Source: a virus (Duplodnaviria > Caudoviricetes). From it: a stretch of 55,764 nucleotides of DNA. The position numbers and the translations under genes are program-made. Below are positions 29,301-38,483 of this stretch, piece by piece. Each line of letters begins with the position of its first letter. Positions within the stretch are counted from its first letter, which is position 1. The stretch spans positions 1 through 55,764 of the IMG/VR virus record IMGVR_UViG_3300012952_000026. The stretch is one strand, 5' to 3'. Under the pieces are notes generated by a model, which saw only the letters and a list, made by a program, of their open reading frames with translations, ran no database searches and was not told the origin of the DNA.

Positions 29301-31147
29301 CCTACATCTTCCCATATTCTATCACATATTGTAAAATAAGCAAAACCTGAGTGAGGTCCCGTAGTTCCATGTCTGGCGTGAGGGTCTGCATCAACATCCA
29401 TGTCTAGGAATGTTTGCGGGCATCTTGCAAGTATATGTGACTCTGCAGGTGTGATGTCAACCATAAATGATGTTTTACTTTTAAGCGGTGAAGTAAATCC
29501 AGGATATATATCCTCTGCTGTTCCTGTCATATAAAATGCTGCATCTGTTAACACGTTTAAATTATCAGTAAATGCAGATATATCTTCACCAGGTGTATAT
29601 ATATCAAACGTTTCATCACCTATGCCCTTTAGCACTCTGCCCTGTGCGATTATATCTGAATTGTGTCGTTTTGGTGGAGATGCTGGGCCATCATGTGTAT
29701 CGTATGCTATAGTTAAAGGCATTAATTTGGCATCGTTTTCTTCAAGCATTTGTGAATAATGAACTGTGTTATTAAGGTTTGATGTCCATTTACAGCCGTT
29801 AAGATATATAGCTTTTATATCGTCTGCATCAAGAATTGTATCCCAAACTGCAAAATTTGAAATGTGACCCTTAAATCTTCTGTCGCCTGCTTTTCTATTT
29901 CCGATAAGGCAATCATTGCCATGTATCTTTAATGTATTTGCTGGCGCTAATCCCGCAGATAGAGAGCACTCATTACCATTGATATAAATAGTAGGTTCAG
30001 TACCCGTGTCTACATTAAATGTTATAGCAATATGTGACCAAGTATTTAATTGCAGTATTTCAGTGGATGTATAATGCCCAAGAGGATTACTTGCATTGAA
30101 CCATCTAAAAAATAATTTACCACTAACGAGTGGAAGTAGCGCAATATCAAAATTTCCAAATTCAAAAATCCTTGCGAATTGTGATCTTGGATCTGGCTCA
30201 TCATCATTAAAACAAACTGGCCCATAGTCTTCTGGTTTAACCCAAATGGATAGCGTTACATCAAATGTTGCCCTATTAGATCCAATTAATTTATTCCACC
30301 CATATGCAGATCCAATATTAATACGTGAATAGGTTTTGTCGAGATGTAAAGATTGCGCTTTACCGTGCAACTGATCAAATGGTGACTCTTGCGAAGTGTA
30401 TACGCCGAAACCAACTTTTGCCCTTAATCTACCATGTATTGATGTTTCATCTGATGTTGGTGTTATTGCATGTGTAGGTGAAATTGCATGCAATCTTTTG
30501 CCAGGTGTGACCATATTTGTATTTAGATAAGTGTCATTTGATGAAAGCGGAACATGAACTAATAGTTTATTGCTTTTGTCATAATCATAACTATTTGTAA
30601 ATTCACTTGTGCCAGCGTTATACGTAAAATCATAAGATAAATCACCTGGAGATATATCTTGGTACCTATTAAATTTTACAGTGTTTAAATCATCGAAAGA
30701 AACCCTAAATGTTCCCCTTCTGTCAATGTCACCAGTTCTTAATATTGTTGGATACTCACCTCTTCTGTTTGATCGCATATTTGAATAAACGCGAGGGGGT
30801 GTTGTAAGCTTCTCCGTTAATATCTCTGTCTTCATGTGAGGAAGTGAAGTGTCACCACCACATAAAAACTGCAGCATGATAATAGCTTCATTAATTGCTT
30901 CATTTGCCTCTGCTACAGCATCATTAGCTTCATCATGTGATTGATCTGAGTCATCTTGATTTTCTTGCGTAGACGTAGTTATTTTTTCTTCATTGTCAAT
31001 ATTTATTTTTATATTTAATGTGTCATCTATGTCTGTCTGTATAGTTGAGCTTGAAACGCCCAAATAATCTATAGTTGGATAAACTGCATCTATTGCGCCA
31101 TGAGTTGTTGATAGTGTCCCCTGTTGTGGGATTGGATCGTTCGCCAT
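26393..31147 (-). CDS. Large virion protein (1584 aa) with a LamG/concanavalin-like domain
   Basis: VTLSIWVKP...WSHIAITFN...IYING...CLIGNR...FKGHISNFAVWDTILDADDIKAIY; DLDGDG calcium-binding-like motif. Confidence 0.72.
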   Translation of the reverse strand: MANDPIPQQGTLSTTHGAIDAVYPTIDYLGVSSSTIQTDIDDTLNIKINIDNEEKITTSTQENQDDSDQSHDEANDAVAEANEAINEAIIMLQFLCGGDTSLPHMKTEILTEKLTTPPRVYSNMRSNRRGEYPTILRTGDIDRRGTFRVSFDDLNTVKFNRYQDISPGDLSYDFTYNAGTSEFTNSYDYDKSNKLLVHVPLSSNDTYLNTNMVTPGKRLHAISPTHAITPTSDETSIHGRLRAKVGFGVYTSQESPFDQLHGKAQSLHLDKTYSRINIGSAYGWNKLIGSNRATFDVTLSIWVKPEDYGPVCFNDDEPDPRSQFARIFEFGNFDIALLPLVSGKLFFRWFNASNPLGHYTSTEILQLNTWSHIAITFNVDTGTEPTIYINGNECSLSAGLAPANTLKIHGNDCLIGNRKAGDRRFKGHISNFAVWDTILDADDIKAIYLNGCKWTSNLNNTVHYSQMLEENDAKLMPLTIAYDTHDGPASPPKRHNSDIIAQGRVLKGIGDETFDIYTPGEDISAFTDNLNVLTDAAFYMTGTAEDIYPGFTSPLKSKTSFMVDITPAESHILARCPQTFLDMDVDADPHARHGTTGPHSGFAYFTICDRIWEDVGVIDYTTEAAFVPEHEIVVRNMGPDTLYTGLVHNPVQFIPANNLRVSHDVDIEQYSDAKFFASPTMSHDAPNNVRYFAKQAQEITLPISSPFLLEKITLNVPVIYSNTYDKRNMHSCTKTIDSLTFFLYHQRSNVGHEISSLIDSEKYKEVASGSIRTLIASGSAAFWQRNISWSPDTTSEYSTISGAPSSVERTIELYHSPSFEYDWSATNPQVREPGQTDVVEFHEEVDVKIEMIPAISQNAFKSRNKYPAAQTLAAGGLSTGPAIKLKSFYHKWFAGVREKGHDEEDCFVYSDKSGGGCLRESRYDSVPAMKAQFPNRFVKSKTGAGNSEPVRISWKKYDPTTTAFVEQLSPSSKTSKETSTIAPYVLLPGDSLVLGVEYSPSMPWQNEEEGHPDSANGDYHCAYISSSYVTIKDEKASMTMYGSLISENKEYHETRNQDLTSFSIHEAMNSDPVLDQFEIEPGLLYSGSMLNEYVSGNMFNTNETSAFRRYVRNNASLDDDVTEWSLLRGVRTIDENERFYDTLLPSMEQLFAELGLRKVSNLDPTDDSALITSLSGIPSGAHKVLLAANESSFSSVTTGDLMVDLDGDGTLDYDLDGQQLRTWQLWNAKQTQVPDEGTFLLIVWTFTLTGDFTVVTDKPNYTKIDPYASQLWVHPDYEEVNHPNKFDLAEYPTGYMDQNASWVRYNYHVNFMTSSLALYPFSIDNSTKRSEWSTGGSLLTRHASAYYDHNYNSIEDSGNPELVTEPTDSNGDPTTAMRHFYRAAFDMFDGTTQYFDALKIGPRVSTISGQELKKFMFMGGVSTLISEDKDKRDSSGIGEFEVIQRGGPKFYFGFNPEIPYNDDAVNYFSYGVRNISPIKTSAVFRHQHYGQFRDMLEQRTYSRFYKKAGKRTDQSRFKFAMLPHQTYVSRGPVSVKFVEPNTETRASPLSTLSSSNVDNHATSSMPFIDDGMPHNRSYDLDSVE

Positions 31148-31165
31148 TTTATTGTCAGTCCTAAA

Positions 31166-31981
31166 TTATTCGATTAAGTTGCCAGCGTCAACTACATATT
31201 CAACAGCTTGATCCCACTCTGTGCTGAGATCTTGTGTATGTGTTGGCGGTGATGTGAAACAACCATCACCATCAGTCGCAGAGTACCATACATTGCCATG
31301 TGCATGACCATAAAGAATTTCAATCTCTATAAATCTGTAATCAATATTTTCTTTCTCTGTCTCAGCTGCAGCTTTTGCTGTCTGAGCAAGCGCTACACAA
31401 TTATCAATCGCTGCTTTTGAAGAAATAGCTTCTGCATCGACAGCAGCTTCAATATTGGCAACCTCTGCATATAAATCATTTTTATATGAAAGTGTTGTCG
31501 CCAAATGAGCCTCTGCTTCTGTCAGTTTAGTTTGCGCCAACTCAATTAAAAGTGTTAATTCTTCTGCTGTGGTATCTGCAAAAGAAATGCCACTTAACAT
31601 ATTTTTTATTTGTGTTGAAGCAGTAATTGCAGCTGAAGACGCTGTATTTTGATCTGATAAAATTGAGGATAATGTAGATAGCGCATCATTATTTATTGTT
31701 GAAACAGAAGATTGAAATGTTGTAAAAATTGTTGAAGCATTTGCAAGCTCTCCCTCAGCAACGATTTTTTTTGATTCTATTGCATTTAATGATCCTGACA
31801 TTATTGCAAGAACTCCCGCGGCTTCAACGTCTGCTTTTTCGACATAATTGTTTAGATCAATTAAAATAGGTGAACCACAAGGGAAGTCAGTAATATCATT
31901 ACCACCCAAGTCAACAGGTTGAAGTGATGTTTCGTTTCCATCTAAGTCTGCTGTCGTAGGTATCGCTGTTGGGTCAGGCAT
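31166..31981 (-). CDS. Acidic, Ala-rich coiled-coil protein (putative virion protein)
   Basis: GGAGG RBS, heptad-like helical composition and upstream late-type motif. Confidence 0.75.
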   Translation of the reverse strand: MPDPTAIPTTADLDGNETSLQPVDLGGNDITDFPCGSPILIDLNNYVEKADVEAAGVLAIMSGSLNAIESKKIVAEGELANASTIFTTFQSSVSTINNDALSTLSSILSDQNTASSAAITASTQIKNMLSGISFADTTAEELTLLIELAQTKLTEAEAHLATTLSYKNDLYAEVANIEAAVDAEAISSKAAIDNCVALAQTAKAAAETEKENIDYRFIEIEILYGHAHGNVWYSATDGDGCFTSPPTHTQDLSTEWDQAVEYVVDAGNLIE

Positions 31982-32011
31982 GTTAAAAACCTCCTATAAT
32001 ATAATTAAAAC

Positions 32012-32018
32012 TAAATAT
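32012..32018 (-). promoter_or_regulatory. Putative late promoter motif ATATTTA
   Basis: Recurrent motif about 30 nt upstream of ATG 31981. Confidence 0.45.
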
Positions 32019-32031
32019 AATTATACACTTT

Positions 32032-33768
32032 TTATTTTCTAGTTAAACCACCGAACGCCAAAGAATCTGTACCTGTAACAGCTGCACCGCTATAAACAAA
32101 TCCCGCAGGCGCAGATTTTATTAAATGATTATATCTTTGCTTGTCTTTTACATGTTCTATTGTTACGGTTGTACCTAAGCGTAATGTTCCAACCGCGATT
32201 TCATCAGGCAGTGCCAAAACTGCAGCTGGGCTGAGTTCATTGTCATTAAACACAACCTCTGTATTTCTTGTGTCAGAGATATATCCCGGTGAGTGAACAA
32301 GAATTCCAGATGATTCAATTTCCATCCCTATTTCATCTGAGTCATAGAACGGACTGTAGTTTATCATTGCACCTGTCACTGAATCTTGTTTGATATTTTC
32401 TTTCAATTTTATATCACTTGTTACCAATTCATCACCGAGAAGTGGATTATTATTTCCACCCATTACTGATCCACGTATATCATGGGCATGAAAGGGAGCA
32501 TCTATAGAATTATTTGTGATCGCACGCCGTATTACAAGGGGCTCAATAACTCCGTCAAACACAGATGGATCTGTAAGGTTTTCTGAATATACAACTGGAT
32601 ACTGCATGGTATCTTCATTATTTATTATTTTTATATCATCAGTCTCGTTCCATACAAATGGCTTAAATTTACCCTCTATATCATTAAATGCAATGCCATC
32701 TACATGAGCCTTAGGTTGACCGAATTCTCTCTGTTCAACAAAATGATCCGGGTGACCGTTCCTTCTCTGTTGGCCAGATGATAACTTAAAAATCAGTGAA
32801 GAATACTTATGCTTATTCGTTAAAATTGATACACCTTGGCGATATTCGTCAATTGATGAAGTGTCCATTTTATTTGACAAACCAGATGACGAGTCATAAA
32901 TTGCAATTATCTCTGTTTCATCTAAGTGCGTTGACCACATTGCGAATTCTGTAATCATTCCTGAAAGGTCGCCGACCGGACCAAGACCTATACTCATGTT
33001 TGATGTTTTTGCAGCTAGTGATGCCCAAGAAGATGAGACTGTAACGTCTGTGTTATTATCTTTTTTTGCATTAATGTATAACTTAACAGTTGATGAATCA
33101 AGTGACGAAGTAAAATCTGCAGACGAATTTAAAGTAATATGAGTCCATGTTTTTGGCAAAATCACTTTAGACGATTTTATATTTATTAGCTCTGTCCCTG
33201 AATCCTGTATTTCAAACTCAATATTACCATCAGAATTTAAAATAAGTGAAAAATCTGAACCTTTGTATACAAGTGTCTGATCTTTAATTTCATCAAAATA
33301 TACCCAAAGCGTAATTGAAAAAATCCCGCCGTAGCTTGCTGGACTAAAAATTGCTGTTCCGGGGGCGAAAAGAAAACCGTTTGAGCCTCCGTCGACTATA
33401 ATTGAGTGTGGCGCTTGTGAGAAAGTATACCCTGGTCGCGGAACAAATGGACTTGCATTAGAAATTTCTTCAGAAGTAGGTGCCATGATGACACTAAATG
33501 AAGTTCCTGACACTGCGTCAAATGGACCAGCAGGTAATTCATTGACCCTAACAAACGTTAATAGCGACGATGATGATTTATAGTCATGTCCGGTTATTGA
33601 ATGAAAATTCTTTGACAGATCATATAATTCAGCTTCTTTCTTTTTCCTTGGTGTGTTTGGAAAATTTACTGTAACAGATGTTCCTGATGCACTGTTTCTA
33701 TTCCTAAACATCACGTTATCTGAAAAGGGTGTTAATTCACCTGAATCTTGTTTTTTATCAAATGCCAT
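32032..33768 (-). CDS. Virion protein with LamG-like domain
   Basis: FSITLWVYF...WTHITL...KLYINA...GMITEFAMWSTHLDETEIIAIY. Confidence 0.72.
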   Translation of the reverse strand: MAFDKKQDSGELTPFSDNVMFRNRNSASGTSVTVNFPNTPRKKKEAELYDLSKNFHSITGHDYKSSSSLLTFVRVNELPAGPFDAVSGTSFSVIMAPTSEEISNASPFVPRPGYTFSQAPHSIIVDGGSNGFLFAPGTAIFSPASYGGIFSITLWVYFDEIKDQTLVYKGSDFSLILNSDGNIEFEIQDSGTELINIKSSKVILPKTWTHITLNSSADFTSSLDSSTVKLYINAKKDNNTDVTVSSSWASLAAKTSNMSIGLGPVGDLSGMITEFAMWSTHLDETEIIAIYDSSSGLSNKMDTSSIDEYRQGVSILTNKHKYSSLIFKLSSGQQRRNGHPDHFVEQREFGQPKAHVDGIAFNDIEGKFKPFVWNETDDIKIINNEDTMQYPVVYSENLTDPSVFDGVIEPLVIRRAITNNSIDAPFHAHDIRGSVMGGNNNPLLGDELVTSDIKLKENIKQDSVTGAMINYSPFYDSDEIGMEIESSGILVHSPGYISDTRNTEVVFNDNELSPAAVLALPDEIAVGTLRLGTTVTIEHVKDKQRYNHLIKSAPAGFVYSGAAVTGTDSLAFGGLTRK

Positions 33769-33777
33769 ATCGTATTC

Positions 33778-36700
33778 CTAAAACTTCTTTATTGTACCTA
33801 CAATTTGTGATAAAAATAAATTACCACGTGAATTATCTCGCTCTGTTGATTGCATATAAATATCATCATATGAATACTTAAAGCGATGCCTCTCTAGAAG
33901 ATGCGATTCAATAATAAAGTTTGTGCCCATATAGTTTGTTTTTCTTGGTATTAGCTGCACTATTATTTTAGTGAAAGTATCATTAAACCATTTAAATAAT
34001 TCAAAATATGCATCAAGACTTATTTTATCTGTAAGCCTATTAAAATAGACGTCTTGTAGTTTTTCTAAATCCCTATATGAATCCGCAAAAACATTATTTG
34101 GAGCGCCAAGAATATCATTAATAATGTCTAGCGAAGAAAACATTTTTACTATATCTTCATTTAATGCGTCTATTGATGAAAACTCAATTGAAAATCTTGG
34201 ATCATCAAAAAATTCACCGCGCTTTGTAAGCTCATGCATGAGGCCCTGAACAGCATTCATTGATGCATCTGCATTGTACTCTTTTTCAAGGCCTCGTGCA
34301 CGTATTTTATTTGTTACTTGTAGCATATCAAATTTAGATGAAATAATACCAAAGTGAAAAGATTCTGGCTTAATTATTTGCGCATCAGCCTCAAAACCAG
34401 TACACTGTAAATGGTGCTCGTTTTGTGAATAATCAAAAATTTCTAATTCACCTGAACTGTTTGAACCTGTTGTTGATTGATCAGTTGACGTATCTACTCT
34501 AAGCCTACTAAATGAACCTGGTGTGACTGTATTGAAGTTAAAATTCTCAAATGGTGATGCAACGCCTAACGAAGTATAATTTCTTGCATGTTCTTTCCAT
34601 TCATGGTCAGAAAATGCTTTTGACCACATTCTTAAATGGCCTACTTTTCCTGCAAATTGTGATGTCCTTGCCTCGTCTGGTATTGCTTCATTATTTAAAA
34701 ATTTATATGTAGGCGTTGAACCTACTGTGAAAGCTTGCCTGCCTATTGTAAAAAAAGCACCATTTTTATTATGAAAATCAGTTGATGTTCCAAAAATATC
34801 TGTCCCGTCAGTTTGTTCGTCAAAAAATGATGATGTTGAATAAAACTCTTTTATTTCACCAAATATTTGCCTTGCACATTTAATATAATAAGATGATGAT
34901 TGAATACTATCTATTTCAGAAAAATGATGACGACCAATTGCAATGTTCCATTTTTGGCCATCAAAAATATTTGCGCCAGTTAAAACAAGCTCAACCACAT
35001 CATTTTCACTTGAAATATCTTTTGAATTGGGTGCAAAATAACATTTCAATACATGCTCATCTGGTGACATTGAAGAAGACAGCGCAACAATATTCGCAAC
35101 AACACTTCCCGTGTCAGATGGTGTCGCATCACCATCGACCATCACACGCATTAAACTTTGAGCCTCTGGGTAATCTCTTCCTTTTGGAAAACTATATATT
35201 CCCTCAAATGTAAATGAACCTGATGTATACAATCCATCAGATCTGTCATCTGACTTTCCTGTTGACATATCACCCCTGGGCGAAGGCAATCCTGGCTCAA
35301 CCCTTGAGCCCGATAAATAGTCAGACTTTATAAATGGAATATTAGTATATGAACCATCATGTGGCGGAGATGCTGGCAAAACAGGTGTTACGTCAGCAAG
35401 TGTACCAGACATATCTAGCATTGTTGACACTTCTGTCTTCTGTTGCCTAGAGTAAACTATATCTTTTTTAACATTTCCACCATATTCACGTATTCTAAGC
35501 AATGAGTCAGAATCAATACCAGCACTTCTGAGCAATGACTCAATACTGCTTATTGTACCTTTCGACTTATATATGTCATTAATATTTACTAAAATTCTTT
35601 TCCAAAGCTGCGACTGAATATAATGCAACGACATCTCTGAATTTGACACAGTTTTTCCAATATCGCTTCCATTAATATATTGGTCAAGCGTAGCGTTTTC
35701 AAAAAATGGAGGGAGATCAAACCCATAATAATCTGCCAAGAACGGCATAAATGTTGTTAATGCAGATTCTTCATCATCGTAGCGTGCATGAATAAGATTA
35801 GAAAAATGATCTAATACTATTTTTAATTCATCAAAAAACTTGCCCCACATTAGCAATATTGCAGTCATCATCTGTGCGGAACCTAATTTTCCTTCACCAG
35901 GAACATTTGAACCAGAGTATGCTTCATCTAACGTTCCAAATCCTTTTTCATCAGATTTTACAATATTCATTCCCTCTAAAAAATAATGCGGCGGAATTAA
36001 CCTTGTTATTAAATTTGGATTGTTTTCATCATATATGCTTGCAGACGCAAGAAGTTCAGAGTTTAAAGTTGATAGTGATGTTATCTGTGGAAAAAGAACA
36101 GGTGTGATTGATGTGTCTTCAATTTCAATTGGATGACCTGGCAAAGAACTGGTCATTCTAAGCGATGGTGAAAAATTATTAATAAAACTATGCAATGAAT
36201 TTCCTGAACTGTCTAGCGCAACAGCAGGTGTATTTGCAGGTGTTTCATTATCATATGGCTCATTAAATTTAAGGTAAAGTTGTAAGTCATCATTTGCAAA
36301 AATTGTTTTTTTGCCAAAATATTCAAGGTCCTCAATTGTTCTTGCAGAATGAAAAAATCTAAACTCATCAATATATCCATTAAATGTTTCTCTTGGTTCA
36401 AATTCATCAATGCCATTTAATATTGTAGAAGTTCCCGATGCAATGAGAAATTTTTCACTTATTGGATTAATTTCAATCATCTCTAAGTAATCAGTTGATT
36501 CTGCTAGGAGCTCTAAATTGTTGTATATCTTTATTGAGTTTCCAGAAAATGTTCTATCAAAAACAGCACAAACGTGATTAAATTGGCCCTTCGTGAATGG
36601 AATTTCTTCATATGCAACCATAGACCCTGATGCGACAATAAACTGAAGTTGACACTCTGTTGTTGACGAAGACTGTGATAATACAAGTGAAAAACCTATA

Positions 36701-37263
36701 TTATTTGATTCAATTTTTTGGCAAATAACTTGGTTATCATTTGCTTGCTCGGGAGAAAATATGTGTGCCTCAATGGAAAAAGGATTCGTTCCTGGGTTTA
36801 AAATTCTTTCACCTTTTGCGCTTCCATCAACTACAACCTCGTCTGAACCCTGAAGGTCGTTTATTTCTAAAAATGCTGGCTGTGAAACTGAATTATCAAA
36901 TATTAAATAGCCTGTATTTTTTGGAAATGAATCAAAAACATAGCGCTCAAAACCTGTGAGTTTTACCATGAACTCACTAATATCTTTTCTTGTTCCATCA
37001 AATGGAAACTTATTAATAATTGTATCAAATGCAGTATTTACATTTGCTTCTGCTGAGTTAAAAAATGTATGATTTTCAAATTTTGACCAATCAAGACTTA
37101 ATTGTTGGGTTGAGTTTATCATTCCAAAAAAATAATTCTTATATTCTTCATCAGAGCCAGTAAACTCAGATTCATTCACCTCTTTTGCTGTTGAAAACCC
37201 AGATAATTTATCAATATTATATTTAGAAAATAATGATGGTGATTTTTTTGTACCAAATGCCAT
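33778..37263 (-). CDS. Baseplate wedge-like protein (P2 gpI/T4 gp7-like motif) with two LamG-like domains
   Basis: MPFLADYYGFDL...LWKRILVNINDIYKSKGTISSIESLL; FNHVCAVFDR...FNGYIDEFRFF; WNIAIGR...FAGKVGHLRMWSKA. Confidence 0.7.
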   Translation of the reverse strand: MAFGTKKSPSLFSKYNIDKLSGFSTAKEVNESEFTGSDEEYKNYFFGMINSTQQLSLDWSKFENHTFFNSAEANVNTAFDTIINKFPFDGTRKDISEFMVKLTGFERYVFDSFPKNTGYLIFDNSVSQPAFLEINDLQGSDEVVVDGSAKGERILNPGTNPFSIEAHIFSPEQANDNQVICQKIESNNIGFSLVLSQSSSTTECQLQFIVASGSMVAYEEIPFTKGQFNHVCAVFDRTFSGNSIKIYNNLELLAESTDYLEMIEINPISEKFLIASGTSTILNGIDEFEPRETFNGYIDEFRFFHSARTIEDLEYFGKKTIFANDDLQLYLKFNEPYDNETPANTPAVALDSSGNSLHSFINNFSPSLRMTSSLPGHPIEIEDTSITPVLFPQITSLSTLNSELLASASIYDENNPNLITRLIPPHYFLEGMNIVKSDEKGFGTLDEAYSGSNVPGEGKLGSAQMMTAILLMWGKFFDELKIVLDHFSNLIHARYDDEESALTTFMPFLADYYGFDLPPFFENATLDQYINGSDIGKTVSNSEMSLHYIQSQLWKRILVNINDIYKSKGTISSIESLLRSAGIDSDSLLRIREYGGNVKKDIVYSRQQKTEVSTMLDMSGTLADVTPVLPASPPHDGSYTNIPFIKSDYLSGSRVEPGLPSPRGDMSTGKSDDRSDGLYTSGSFTFEGIYSFPKGRDYPEAQSLMRVMVDGDATPSDTGSVVANIVALSSSMSPDEHVLKCYFAPNSKDISSENDVVELVLTGANIFDGQKWNIAIGRHHFSEIDSIQSSSYYIKCARQIFGEIKEFYSTSSFFDEQTDGTDIFGTSTDFHNKNGAFFTIGRQAFTVGSTPTYKFLNNEAIPDEARTSQFAGKVGHLRMWSKAFSDHEWKEHARNYTSLGVASPFENFNFNTVTPGSFSRLRVDTSTDQSTTGSNSSGELEIFDYSQNEHHLQCTGFEADAQIIKPESFHFGIISSKFDMLQVTNKIRARGLEKEYNADASMNAVQGLMHELTKRGEFFDDPRFSIEFSSIDALNEDIVKMFSSLDIINDILGAPNNVFADSYRDLEKLQDVYFNRLTDKISLDAYFELFKWFNDTFTKIIVQLIPRKTNYMGTNFIIESHLLERHRFKYSYDDIYMQSTERDNSRGNLFLSQIVGTIKKF

Positions 37264-38483
37264 TATACAACCTTAAAGATGTTATCTTTTCCAATTGTGT
37301 ATCTCAGTGAACCAGTGTCTTCATATAATCTAAATTTAATCTCATATGAATAACCTTTGACAAGCCCAGAAGTATCAAGAACCATATACATTTCATCTTC
37401 ATCATATGATACAGCAGTTGCATCTTCATCAAATGGTATAATTACATCATCTGAATTTGCATCAAAAATTGAATAGCATAGTTTACCCTCAACATCCTGC
37501 CCCGAGCCCACGATTACACCAGTGTTTGCAATTGGAAGCTTTGTTGCTTCGACAGAGTTATAGTTTCTGTTTTCAACAAAAACATGTAACCTTACTTTAT
37601 CACCCTCAGAATATTGCTTGTTTAAATTTAATATTGTTGCTTGATAGTTTGTGTATTCAACTTCTGTTGGATCTGCTGTGTCATATTCAGGGGTATCATA
37701 CTTTATAATTAATCTTGGTGTCTTGTTTTTATCGTTTGAATGCCTTGATACAAAACGTTTTACAAAACGTGTTTTATTATCCTGCTCCTCTGATTGAATA
37801 TAAGATATTCTAAATCCATGATTTGATGTAATTGTGCCATCTAGCATAGCTGTCACTGCATCAGTTACATCAACTGATAAATCTTCAGTTCCTGTTTCAA
37901 ATTCCTGCGTCGCACCATATGTTGCAATATCTAAAATATCTGCCTCAGAAGCAATATTAAAAATAAGATAATCATCTCCTGATGTTGGTGTTATTGTTGT
38001 ATGAGTTCCCCATGTTGTGGTTGTTCCATCAGAATATGATGCAGTTACAAAATTACATACATCAAGATCGTTGAACGACTCTACATCCCTGCCTGCACCC
38101 TCGTCAAATGCAACAGCTAATGGAACTGCAAGCAGTGAAAAATTTGAAGGTGTTGTCTGGCCACCATATACATCATACATTTTAAGAGTAGCTGAAAATC
38201 CATCCTTTTCTTCAATGCCAGAGTCTAAATCTGATAAATCAAATTTAACAAGGCCCCTTGATAGCTCTACTGGAATACTTTCGCCGTCTTCTTCATGAAG
38301 TAAATCTGTTTCAGTGTCATCTATGTAAGTTTTTGGATGACCTGAAAATGTTGACTCGTCATAGAGCTTAAAAATATCTATTGTAGAAGCATTTCCCATA
38401 TTTGCATCGATTGCACGGGCAGATGTGCTTATTACTTTATTTGTTATATACGCATCAGCAGATGCTGTTAATATTTTATACAT
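37263..38483 (-). CDS. Putative virion protein with DNRLRE-like N-terminal domain
   Basis: ASADAYITN...NMG...SRGLVKFDLSDL...ATLKMY...VDVTDAV...NHGFRI...PRLIIKY pattern. Confidence 0.6.
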   Translation of the reverse strand: MYKILTASADAYITNKVISTSARAIDANMGNASTIDIFKLYDESTFSGHPKTYIDDTETDLLHEEDGESIPVELSRGLVKFDLSDLDSGIEEKDGFSATLKMYDVYGGQTTPSNFSLLAVPLAVAFDEGAGRDVESFNDLDVCNFVTASYSDGTTTTWGTHTTITPTSGDDYLIFNIASEADILDIATYGATQEFETGTEDLSVDVTDAVTAMLDGTITSNHGFRISYIQSEEQDNKTRFVKRFVSRHSNDKNKTPRLIIKYDTPEYDTADPTEVEYTNYQATILNLNKQYSEGDKVRLHVFVENRNYNSVEATKLPIANTGVIVGSGQDVEGKLCYSIFDANSDDVIIPFDEDATAVSYDEDEMYMVLDTSGLVKGYSYEIKFRLYEDTGSLRYTIGKDNIFKVV

